NCBI GenBank assembly: GCA_963780165.1 | Contig: CAWABB010000007.1 | Coordinates: forward strand, 35,173-99,172 | From: an uncultured Ignavibacteria bacterium | Lineage (GTDB): Bacteria > Bacteroidota > Ignavibacteria > UBA10030 > UBA6906 | DNA length: 64,000 nt | Direction of reading: 5' to 3' | Part shown: positions 22,125 to 32,000 of the stretch, one piece after another | Layout of the letters: every line of letters starts with the position of its first letter | Numbering within the stretch: position 1 is the first letter of the stretch | Translations under genes and position numbers: made by a program | The notes under the pieces: generated by a model | The model's input: only the letters and a program-made list of their open reading frames with translations | What the model was told of the DNA's origin: nothing | Database searches by the model: none

Positions 22125-22692
22125 ATGGCATTCCTCCACAACCTCACCTCACGACTGCGCCAACGAGGCGACCGCCACGCGACCGTAGGCGAATTGGCCG
22201 CCGGAGCGGCCCACGAGATCCGCAACCCGCTCACGCTGATCCGGGGTGCGGTCCAGCTGGTGACGCCCGAAGTGCCGCCGGCACGCCGGCCGCTTCTGGA
22301 GACCGCCCTCACCGATGCCGACATGGACGATCTCATCCGTCAATCGATGCTGCTGCTCAAGGCGGAATTTCAAAACCGCGGGATCGACGCAGCGGTGGAC
22401 GTCGCCGAAGGGAGACGCCTGGCGGGAGACGCCCGCGGAGAGCCGTCGCTGATCGTCCAGATCCGCGACACCGGCCATGGGATCACGGAGGAACACCGCG
22501 CGAGGGTCTTCGACCCATTCTTCACGACCAAGGAGGGAGGGGACAGGACTCGGGCTCTCGATCGCTTACGGGATCGTTGCCCAGCATGACGACGGAATTT
22601 CCATCGAATGCAGCACGGACCACGATAACCAGTGGACGTGCGTGACTGTGACGTTGCCCCGCAGCGGAACCGCACCCGGAATCGACACATGA
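22125..22692 (+). pseudogene. Degenerate sensor-less histidine kinase (HisKA + partial HATPase)
   Basis: H-box AHEIRNPL, G1 IRDTGHGI, F-box VFDPFFTTK, then a frameshift to G2 GTGLGLSIAYGIV; no N-box; stop overlaps the response regulator ATG. Confidence 0.75.
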
Positions 22693-24104
22693 CGGTCCTT
22701 TCAACAACCGGCCGCGTGCTTGTGGTCGACGACGAGATGCCGGTACGCCTTTTGCTTAGGACGCTTCTCGAGGCCGACGGACTCGAGGTCATGGAGGCCG
22801 GCGGCGGAGCGGAGGCGCTCAACGCGCTCGGTTCATTCAGGCCGCATCTCGCAATCATTGACCTCCAGATGCCACGGATGAACGGCATCGAGGCACTCAA
22901 CAGGATCAAGGAGAGACAGCCTGGAATCACCTGCGTGATGCTGACCGCCCACGGGTCTGTACAGTCAGCTGTTCAAGCCATGAAGGCTGGCGCGTACGAC
23001 TACCTCACGAAGCCCTTTGACAACGAACAGCTGTTGCTGGTCGTTCGGCGCGCCCTCGACCGAGCCATGCTGAGCGAGCAATTACAGGAGCTACAAGCCA
23101 GACTCAACGTCGGGGAGGGGATCGAGAAGATCCTGGGCGATAGCGCTGTGATGCAGGATCTGCGCCACCAGATTATGAGGATTGCGGATACGGATGCGAC
23201 TGTGCTGATCGAGGGGGAGACCGGAGTCGGCAAGGAACTTGCCGCCCGGGCTATCCACTTTCACAGCAAACGAAAGGCGGGTCCCTTCGTCGTAGTGAAC
23301 TGCGCAGCGGTTCCGGTTCACCTGGCTGAGAGTGAGTTCTTCGGCCATGAGAAGGGGGCCTTCACAGACGCCACCTCTACGCGGGCTGGAAAGTTCGAGC
23401 AGGCAAATGGCGGGACGCTTCTTCTGGACGAAGTCTCGGAGCTGTCGCCCGAAATCCAGGCAAAGCTTCTCCGGGTGCTGCAGGAGCGCACGGTCGTCCG
23501 CGTTGGCGGTACCGAGTCGTTCGTGGCAGATGCCCGCATAGTCGCAGCCTCCAACCGACCCCTTGAGAACCTTTCAAGAGAAGCCAAGTTCCGGCAGGAT
23601 TTGTACCATCGTTTGAACGTAGTCCGTTTATCGATCCCTCCATTGCGCCAGCACCCCGAAGACATAGCCCCTTATGCAAACAACGCGATACTGCGGGCCT
23701 CAGCCGGCCTCGGCAGCAAAGTCCGCTTCATAAGTGATGGGGCCATCGAACTGCTACGCGTGCATTCTTGGCCCGGCAACATCCGGGAGCTTGATCACGT
23801 GATCCAGCGGGCAATGGTATTTGCGGAGACCGACACTCTGGAGACCAGAGACATTGAAGACGCATTGCCGCCAACATCGGGGTCAGCAGGAGCGGTCGAA
23901 GGTTCTGGTCTTGGGCACAAAGTGCGCCTCATTGCAGAGGAAACCGAGCGACGGCTGATCATTGAGGCTCTGGTGAAGACCGGTTGGAACAGGACGGCAG
24001 CGGCGCAGCTCCTGCACATCGGTCGCCGGACGCTCTTTAGCAAGATCGAGAAGTACTCGATTGTCGCCCCGGACGAGGTGCCGAATCTGCCCGGCCCCCA
24101 ATAG
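22689..24104 (+). CDS. NtrC-family sigma54-dependent response regulator
   Basis: Receiver VVDD/IIDLQMP/TKP, Walker A GETGVGKE, GAFTDA, Walker B LLLDEV, Fis-type HTH. Confidence 0.95.
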   Translation: MTVLSTTGRVLVVDDEMPVRLLLRTLLEADGLEVMEAGGGAEALNALGSFRPHLAIIDLQMPRMNGIEALNRIKERQPGITCVMLTAHGSVQSAVQAMKAGAYDYLTKPFDNEQLLLVVRRALDRAMLSEQLQELQARLNVGEGIEKILGDSAVMQDLRHQIMRIADTDATVLIEGETGVGKELAARAIHFHSKRKAGPFVVVNCAAVPVHLAESEFFGHEKGAFTDATSTRAGKFEQANGGTLLLDEVSELSPEIQAKLLRVLQERTVVRVGGTESFVADARIVAASNRPLENLSREAKFRQDLYHRLNVVRLSIPPLRQHPEDIAPYANNAILRASAGLGSKVRFISDGAIELLRVHSWPGNIRELDHVIQRAMVFAETDTLETRDIEDALPPTSGSAGAVEGSGLGHKVRLIAEETERRLIIEALVKTGWNRTAAAQLLHIGRRTLFSKIEKYSIVAPDEVPNLPGPQ

Positions 24105-24484
24105 TGGCCCATTCATGAGACACGCGGTGTGTCCAGCCGCGGGTGTACTCCGGTTGCCCCTCTTTCGGCCCTTGTTGAGTCTGCCTGCCTAACACTCACT
24201 CACGGATTGCTAACGGGAAATCAGTCATTGCGCCGGACTGGGATCGCGGGTATCCCCCTTGAATGTCTTCCCCCTTTTGGCTAGACTCTTCTCGAAATCT
24301 CTCCCTTTCCGTTCTCTGACTGCAACCTCTTCCGCACAGGGCCAGGCCTGCGTGAGGATTCGGATCACCAGCTCCTGCGGAACCTCCTGCTCCCCGCAAA
24401 TGTCGAGTCAAGCCGACTGATAGTGGAAGGGGAGAGCCCCGTTTTTGAAGGGAGATGAGTTCCTTAATTCAGGGTTGATCAACT

Positions 24485-25576
24485 TTGGGATCTACGACAG
24501 TCAATACAGGAGAGATTCGCACACTCCTCGAGGCCGTCCTTGGGGGGGCATACACTCCTGCTGAGGCGTCCTCCATCGTCAATCTGTGCCATAGGTTTGC
24601 GACGGCGTACCTGCGGATGAAGGCAGCGCGAGGTGTGTCTGATCCACAAAGGATCGGCGCTTCGGTGGATCAGTTGGCCTTCGACTCCATCGCCGAGCTC
24701 TTTGCCCGCCACGATGATGGGCGATTTCATGTGCTCGAACGTTACTTCGTCCGCCTCGGTCCCCTGGCGCACCTCTCAGACGACCAGCTGATCGCGTTCC
24801 TCCGGAGACTCATCTTCAGTGCGGTCAATAACCACCGGTATCGCACCTTTCGGGAATTCGAGCCCTGGCTGGGCCGCATCTCCCGCAACATCAAGCTGAC
24901 ACTGAAGGACCATAAGTCGTTGATGCTCGCAAAGAGGCACGGGTTCCCCAGCGTTGCGCTCCGTAATGGTCCCAAGGAACGTGAGGGTCTTCCCGAGTTG
25001 CCCTCGGAGTTTCTCCAGGCGGAGTTCTTTGCGGCCGGTGTCCACGAATCAACTCTTCGGAGAATGCTCGACGCGGTCGCCGAAATACTTCGTGCGCAGC
25101 ACGCCTACGCCGTCTCGCTCCCCCTGGTACAAGTCACCGAACTCGTTCACACAGCCTATCTGGCCCAAAGGCCCGTGGAGAGTGACATGGTCGAGGATTC
25201 GTCAATCGCCGATGGAGAGTTGAGATTGCTCATCAGTCGAGTCGTCAACACCCTCAAAGTCGGCAAGATCGCAGGATACGTTCGAAAAGGGAAGATCCCC
25301 CAAAGCGATGTCGGTGCGTATTGCGCGACCCTAACGGAAATCCTTGAGTTGACTTTCTTATCGAACAACGGCGACGGGCAAACATACTACTCGGTTTTTC
25401 GGAATCACATGCCCGGGGTAGGCAGCAGAACATACCGTGGGACGCACCGCCCCATCCTCGAGTACCTGGCCAAAACAGCCAAGTCCGCTATGCGATCGAA
25501 ACTCCTGGTTGAATTTCGGTTTCCGCAGGGAGGTCGTCTTGCTCCAAAAGTAGGTGTGGGAGCAACCCATGACTGA
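24485..25576 (+). CDS. Hypothetical protein, divergent extended sigma70/ECF-like factor
   Basis: Region-2-like segments DQLAFDSIAELF and FLRRLIFSAVNN; overlaps the downstream ZAS gene. Confidence 0.5.
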   Translation: MGSTTVNTGEIRTLLEAVLGGAYTPAEASSIVNLCHRFATAYLRMKAARGVSDPQRIGASVDQLAFDSIAELFARHDDGRFHVLERYFVRLGPLAHLSDDQLIAFLRRLIFSAVNNHRYRTFREFEPWLGRISRNIKLTLKDHKSLMLAKRHGFPSVALRNGPKEREGLPELPSEFLQAEFFAAGVHESTLRRMLDAVAEILRAQHAYAVSLPLVQVTELVHTAYLAQRPVESDMVEDSSIADGELRLLISRVVNTLKVGKIAGYVRKGKIPQSDVGAYCATLTEILELTFLSNNGDGQTYYSVFRNHMPGVGSRTYRGTHRPILEYLAKTAKSAMRSKLLVEFRFPQGGRLAPKVGVGATHD

Positions 25577-26396
25577 CCGTCACTTCACAGATGACGAGCT
25601 GGACCACATGGCGCGCCAGAAGGGGCACGGCATGCATGGCGCTCTTCGTGGACATCTCCGTGTTTGTGTAGCCTGCCGGGAAAAACTCTCATTCCTGATC
25701 GAGTTCTACGCTATGGTGGGGGAGGAACTCCAGAAGGCACCTGATCCCCAAATCGCAAAGCTCGGCTCGCCTGCGCCTTTGCCGGTCCGATCATTCCAAC
25801 TCCACTTCTTCCGCCCCTCTCCTGATCTGACCTCGCTGGGAGTCCGCGAGCCTTCCATGCTTCTGGCAGCGCAGACAGTCAGCGAGACAATGGGGGCCTA
25901 CGTTACCGTCGCGACGTATGCTTCAGAACGTGACCGTGCGCTTGTTCGCATCACGAGAAAGGCCGGGAGCGACGAATACCAGCTCAACCTCGTGACACCC
26001 GGGGATCAACCCGCGGGTCGGGCCCTGGTCTCTCTTGCAGGGACCCCCACATCCATTCCACCTATTCTCACCGGCGAAGACGGATCCGCGGCCTTTGCTC
26101 TCCCCGGCGAAGTTGCATGGGAGAGCCTCACAGTGCTGGCCTCGCTGCCTATTGCCCGAGTCGTCGTGCAGGCCCCACTCGCAGACGGTCTCGAGCTTGC
26201 GGACCGCAACGTGTCACTGCTCTTCTCCGTTCTGGAAAGCGGACTTCGCTTGACGGTTCGCGGTACTGCGTCCGTGGGTCATGCTTCACTTGTCTCATCC
26301 GACGGCCAGCAGCAGGTCGTTCGAGTACGTGATGGGATTGTTGCGTTCTCGCAGCCCTGGGACACGGACACAGGGGAAATCCTGCTGTTCCCGTGA
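25569..26396 (+). CDS. Putative zinc-finger (ZAS) anti-sigma-like soluble protein
   Basis: HFTDDEL...HLRVCVACRE matches Hx3Cx2C; no TM helix seen; beta-rich C-terminus. Confidence 0.6.
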   Translation: MTDRHFTDDELDHMARQKGHGMHGALRGHLRVCVACREKLSFLIEFYAMVGEELQKAPDPQIAKLGSPAPLPVRSFQLHFFRPSPDLTSLGVREPSMLLAAQTVSETMGAYVTVATYASERDRALVRITRKAGSDEYQLNLVTPGDQPAGRALVSLAGTPTSIPPILTGEDGSAAFALPGEVAWESLTVLASLPIARVVVQAPLADGLELADRNVSLLFSVLESGLRLTVRGTASVGHASLVSSDGQQQVVRVRDGIVAFSQPWDTDTGEILLFP

Positions 26397-26400
26397 CATA

Positions 26401-28650
26401 ATGCTCGACCCAATCACCGTCGAACAGAGTTACCAGAATCTCGCCCACGCCCTTCGGCTGCTGTCCAGCCCGAGAGCCCGTATCCTCCAGATTGTCGATT
26501 TCCTCGAACCGCTGGTGCAATCCAGTAACGAGAGCTTTTTGGGGGCCTATCGCCTCGAGCTGTGTCCAAGGCTCTGTGAGCTGCTCATTCACACCGATCT
26601 GTCCTGCACCCCCTCCTCGTTCCTTCAGAGGTCGAGCGCACTGCTTGACGCGATTCAACTTGCGTATCCGGAACTGAAAGACGACCACACCCTGGGGGCT
26701 GCCAGGCAGCACCTGGTTGATACCCGACAGACGATCGGAGAATGGACACAAGCCAGAGGAGTGGCGGACCTTCTGCCCCGCGGCGAAGGGAGGCGCGATC
26801 CTGACCTTGCTTCAGATGCTGCCTGGGTGCCTCTTGTTGAGCACGAGCCAATTGTTTCTTCGCGGCCGGCTGGGTTTGCCTTGCTCAGACAACTCCACGT
26901 TGAGGTATTACTGGGAGGCCGCTCGCCAGCAAAGGACAAGATCTACGTTAATAGGCGGGCTGATTTTGAGGGAGTGGAGCATGAAACTATTCAGGAAGCT
27001 GTCGTTGGCGCGAAGTTGCTGTTTGAGCAATTTACCGGGGGAAAGTTGAGGAAGTCTCTCCGGGTATACTGCGAGCTGGACGATCCACACCTCGTTGAGG
27101 GCGACTCTCTGGGGCCTTCACTCGCGATGCTGGTGTTCTTCGAACTTCTGAAGCTTCACCACATTCGCGAGCTGTTTGCGATGTCGTCACGCGCAGCCAT
27201 TACGGGCCGAATAGGAGCGGACGGTCTGGTACTGCCGGTCGATGAAGCAGGCCTTGAGAGAAAGCTCGAAGCGTGCATGTACTCCTGGCTGCGCGTACTC
27301 GCCGTCCCGCGTGAACAGGAGAGACAATGCAAAGAAATTGTCGAACGACTGGCGTCGGAGCCTGACGCACCCCCTGCCCTTGAGGTTGCGGGAATTTCCC
27401 GGCTCCAGGAAGTGCTTCTGGATCGGCGGCTTACGGTGGGATGGCATGTGCCGATTTCAGTGTACGTGGCTCGACGCGTCTGGGAATGGCGGAGGCCACT
27501 TGCAGGAGCGATCATTGTTGGTTTGGCAGTGACTCTGGGCTGGCGGCTACTCGCACCTCTGGATCGCACACCTGCGGACGCTGTCTTTGTCGCGAATGAG
27601 CTGGTGGTCAATAACCGGTTCGGAGAGGCAATCGAGCATATTCTTGTTGCGGCGTCTGTCACTCGCTATGCTGAACTTCACTTTCAATTAAGTGGTGGGA
27701 GACTGGTATCGCTCTGTGACGTGGACGGCGACGGCAGAACCGAGGTGGTCTGGGCGGACGCGACCCCCGAGACGCCGAGCTTCCCGTCTGTCATCCACTG
27801 CAAGACCATCGGCGAAGACACGCTTCGGTGGACATTCAATCTGCAACGCTCGCTGAAGTTTGTGCGAAACAAGGATGTTCACTCGCCTATGTTCGGAGCG
27901 GGAGCCTTGATTGCGGGTGACGTCGACCGTGATGGTCGAGCGGAGGTCCTGATTGTCGCAAATCATGAGCTGTTCTTCCCATCCTTGCTGATCAAGCTGG
28001 ATGCGCGAGTCGGGCAAGAGATATCGCACTATGTGCACGTCGGGCATTTGACCGGACTCCTCTGTGTTGATCTGGATCTCGACGGACAGGACGAGACCGT
28101 CGCCTATGGAACGAACAACGCCTTCCAAATGGCCGTTGTTGCGGTCTTTGATCCGAGGAAGATAGAAGGACACTCACCGCTCACCGCCGAATATGCGTTG
28201 GAATCATATCAGCCCGGAACAGAGAAGATGTATTTGGCGATTCCGCGGACTATTGTGGGGACGGCTCTCGCCGATAAGGTGCCCCACAACGGAATTCGTC
28301 GCATGGTAGCGGTGGGGCGCGATCATCTCACGCGTGTTGATGTGGTGGACGTCAGTTATCATTTAGGAGAATCGGATCAACTTTCCGCCCATGTGTACGC
28401 GTATTTCGGCAAGAATTTGGAATTCAGGGGATTCTCAACTGGTGACGACTACGATATCCTGGCCGAGCGGCTGTTCGCCGAAGGTCGCATAGCTCGCAAA
28501 CCCGACAAAGCCTACTTCGAGGAGTTGGGGAAGTCCATCCGATATTGGGACGGGGAGGGGTGGCAGACGTCGCTTGTTTTGAACAAGCACTACCTCAGAT
28601 GGCGTGATACCACAGCCGCACAGACCCGTCCAAACCCTCTGCAGCAGTAA
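26401..28650 (+). CDS. Membrane protein with a Lon-like S16 protease domain, one TM helix and FG-GAP/DxDxDG repeats
   Basis: VEGDSLG..AAITGRIGADGLVLPVDEAGLERKLEA..VLAVP parallels Lon KDGPSAG..AMTGEI..VLPIGGLKEK; TM PLAGAIIVGLAVTLGW; DVDGDG, DVDRDG, DLDLDG. Confidence 0.75.
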   Translation: MLDPITVEQSYQNLAHALRLLSSPRARILQIVDFLEPLVQSSNESFLGAYRLELCPRLCELLIHTDLSCTPSSFLQRSSALLDAIQLAYPELKDDHTLGAARQHLVDTRQTIGEWTQARGVADLLPRGEGRRDPDLASDAAWVPLVEHEPIVSSRPAGFALLRQLHVEVLLGGRSPAKDKIYVNRRADFEGVEHETIQEAVVGAKLLFEQFTGGKLRKSLRVYCELDDPHLVEGDSLGPSLAMLVFFELLKLHHIRELFAMSSRAAITGRIGADGLVLPVDEAGLERKLEACMYSWLRVLAVPREQERQCKEIVERLASEPDAPPALEVAGISRLQEVLLDRRLTVGWHVPISVYVARRVWEWRRPLAGAIIVGLAVTLGWRLLAPLDRTPADAVFVANELVVNNRFGEAIEHILVAASVTRYAELHFQLSGGRLVSLCDVDGDGRTEVVWADATPETPSFPSVIHCKTIGEDTLRWTFNLQRSLKFVRNKDVHSPMFGAGALIAGDVDRDGRAEVLIVANHELFFPSLLIKLDARVGQEISHYVHVGHLTGLLCVDLDLDGQDETVAYGTNNAFQMAVVAVFDPRKIEGHSPLTAEYALESYQPGTEKMYLAIPRTIVGTALADKVPHNGIRRMVAVGRDHLTRVDVVDVSYHLGESDQLSAHVYAYFGKNLEFRGFSTGDDYDILAERLFAEGRIARKPDKAYFEELGKSIRYWDGEGWQTSLVLNKHYLRWRDTTAAQTRPNPLQQ

Positions 28651-29058
28651 GTCAGCCTCCGCGGTTTTCTTCCGCGCCCATTTCTTTCCCGTTCTTGCAG
28701 GTGTTGCGTCCCGGAGTGTATCCATGATCGAGTTCTTGTATCAAAAACATCCGGTGACTGCGCGCACCTGTTCCCTTTCGCGCACATGACGCGGATCACA
28801 AGCTAGACACGCTGAATCTGCCGGGGTTCTCCCAGCGAGGTCGACCTTTGACTTCGTTCCTACATTCCACGTCAGTCCAGCATCAGGCGACCTGACATCT
28901 TTCTTTCCATTGTCTCTGCGCTGAGTCACTTCTGTGATTAGTATCCTGTGAATGGCTCCTCGGATCCGGCTGATGTCTGCCGGTTTTGCCTTCCGCTCCA
29001 AATTCACTTCACCTGTTCTCTTTCACGCCAGATTCATCCCACAACAACAGGGGGTGCT

Positions 29059-32000
29059 ATGCAGCATTTCAAGTGGTTGCCATGGGCAGGACTTCTCCTG
29101 CTCCTCATTTTCACATCGGGCGCGCCGGTGTTGGCGCAAGGTGACGTTGAGTTTCGTGTCGACATGCGCGTCATGATGGAACACGACTTCTTCAGGCCCC
29201 AAGATGGTGACAATGTCTACTTGACCGGGAACTTCTCGGGATGGAATGGGGACTTCATTCCCGACCGTCAGTTATCGGACCCCGATGGAGATAGTGTCTA
29301 CTCCATTACACTCGGGCTGCCAGCTATGGACTTGGAGTACAAGTTCTACAAGTCACCGAGGGGCGGCTTGATGTGGGAGCTGAATCCGAATCCTTCAAAT
29401 CCGCCATGGGGCAACCGGCAGTACACAATCGTTGCGGGTACCCAGATCCTTCCTGTGGTGTTCTTCGATAACTACAACGCATACAATGATCTTGTCCCCA
29501 TTAATGTCACATTCCGGGTCGAGATGGGGCCGTACATTGCAATAGGCATGTTCAATCCGACCACCGACCAGGTGAAGGTTCCGCTCTGGTTTCCCGAGCC
29601 GCTGACACCGAGCGGGACAATCTATTCGATTACGGCAAAGGTTCCGCGAGGGATTTCCGGCAGCTATAAGTACCAGATCAGCACGCCCGGTGCCGCAAAC
29701 AATGGTTGGGAAGCCTGGGTAGGTGAGGAACGGCAGTACGGCAATCGACTCGTTTCATTTGGGATGACTGATGAAACGCTCCCACTGGTCTATTTCAACA
29801 ATTACAATCCCAACGATGGGCTGACGACAGAGACAGAGCCTAACGGAAAGCCTGGGCAGTCGAACACGATCGTCATGGGTGAAACCCTCACGGGGGAGAT
29901 TAGCGCGGTGGAGGATGTGGACTACTACATTCTGTTCGCCAAAGAGGGTGATACCATCAGAGTAAAGCCGATGGTCGATCAGTCGTCGCCGCTGGACTAC
30001 AGAATGACGTTGCATGGCCGAGACGGTGGTGGATATGCATCTGCGTACCCTCCGTACGGCATGACACTGGTTGTTCCCTATACAGATGTCTATTACATAA
30101 GATTCTCGACCGCCTATAATGGTGACTGGTTTCCGACCGGTGCCGTCGCCCCACATTCGGGCGGAGGAGCCATGGGCCAGCCGCAGGTCATCGCCTTTCC
30201 TGGAAAGACTCCCACGCGCCTTACCAACCTTGAGCTACCCGGAACCGTCCAAGGTTTTCCGACGGATAACGAAACGGTGCGAAGGAAATCGGATCCTCGG
30301 GGTCGAGAGACTCAGGCACGCGCACAAGGCCCGACCGGATCATACAGTATATCGCTCACAGAATTTGTCCCCGGGCCACCGATTATCAACTATGGCTGGG
30401 TGTGGGATATCGTGTTCAACTCAGGGCGTTTCTATTTCGAGATGGACCCCAATGGCCTCGAAACGACCTTGGAAGTCGAATGGGGAACCACGATCGGCTA
30501 CGGTGAGGTTTTCGACCCAAAGGGCAATACGCTCGATGGCGTTGGAATGCGCGGTTACTACACTGACGAACTGATGAATCTCCAGCCCTCGACCGAATAT
30601 CACTTCCGTCTCAGGGCCAGAAATGCTCTCGGGGAAGCGGTCTCGGGAGACCAGGGGTTCTCTACCCCGCCTGAGCCGACCTTGTGGGCTCATCAGGAGA
30701 CACCAGCGCAATCTATGGCCGACTACTTAGGAGGGTCTTGGGGCATTGCGGCGAGGGACCAGAATGTGTACCTGGCTGCTGGAGCGTATCGTGTCTTCAG
30801 AACAACCGACGGTGGATCCACCTGGGTCGACAAAAGCTCTGAGATTGATGGTTGGATCGATGGGCGGGCCATCGCATTTGCTTCATCTTCGGTCGCTTGC
30901 ATCGTTGGATATGGATGGATCCAGCGTTCGACCGACGCGGGGGACACGTGGACCCGCGCCACGGTAGCCTCTTCACCTTACCGCGAAGTGTATGATGTGT
31001 CATTCCCTGTGCCGGGGGTTGGGATAGGTGTCGGATATGACGGCGTAATCCTCCGGAGCACTGACGAAGGGGCGAGCTGGCAGGAAGTGCAGCTCGGCGC
31101 GCCTTATGCTCTGCGCGGCCTGGCAATGATAGATGCGTTGAACGGAATCGCGGTGGGAGATTACTATGGCGGTGGTGGCGTAGTCATCCGGACATCCGAT
31201 GGCGGAGTTTCCTGGACCCCCTCCACAGCCCCATCCTCCACTGTTTTGTATGACGTGCAGTGGATCTCGCCCAGCGTGCTCGTGATGGCGGGCCTGGAAG
31301 GGACGTACAATAGCCCGGCGATCTTTGCGACGACGGATGGCGGCGCAACGTGGGAGAGTTCAAATATTCCAGGAGAAGCGATCGCATGCGTAGACGCCAA
31401 GAACTGGATTGCAGTTGGGTGGGGAGGGCAAATCCATCGAACAACCGATGGCGGGAAGAATTGGGTAAGAGATGAAAGTGGCACCAATAACGCCCTCTTC
31501 GACGTGATTCATGTGAGCGGCCGTTTCCTCGCGGTAGGCGAGTGGGGTACAATCATGAAATCAATCCGCTTGATCGAGGGCCCGATTGCGACGACGGGTG
31601 AACCGACGGAGGTCACCGAGAACGCTGCGAAGTTGAACGGGACGGTGAACCCGAGCGGGACTATAACGACGTACTATTTCGAGTATGGGCCCACAGACGC
31701 TCTCGGCTCGAAGTCTGATGAAACCATATTGAGCCCTGGTACGGCCGACGTCCCGGTCTCGTTCCTGCTCGAGGGGCTTGAACCTGGCCGCACGTACTTC
31801 TACCGGCTTACAGCCAAGAACGTGTCCGGTACGTCACGGGGGAACATCCTGCAGTTCAAGACGATCTCCGACGGCCTTGCCCCTCCCGTCACTATCAATG
31901 GTGGTTTTGAGAGCGGTCTCGACCCGTGGGTATTCCACACCGACGCCGAGGGGTCCGTATCGTCACGGACACCTGGCCCGAGCAGTCCCCGCTGTGCGCA

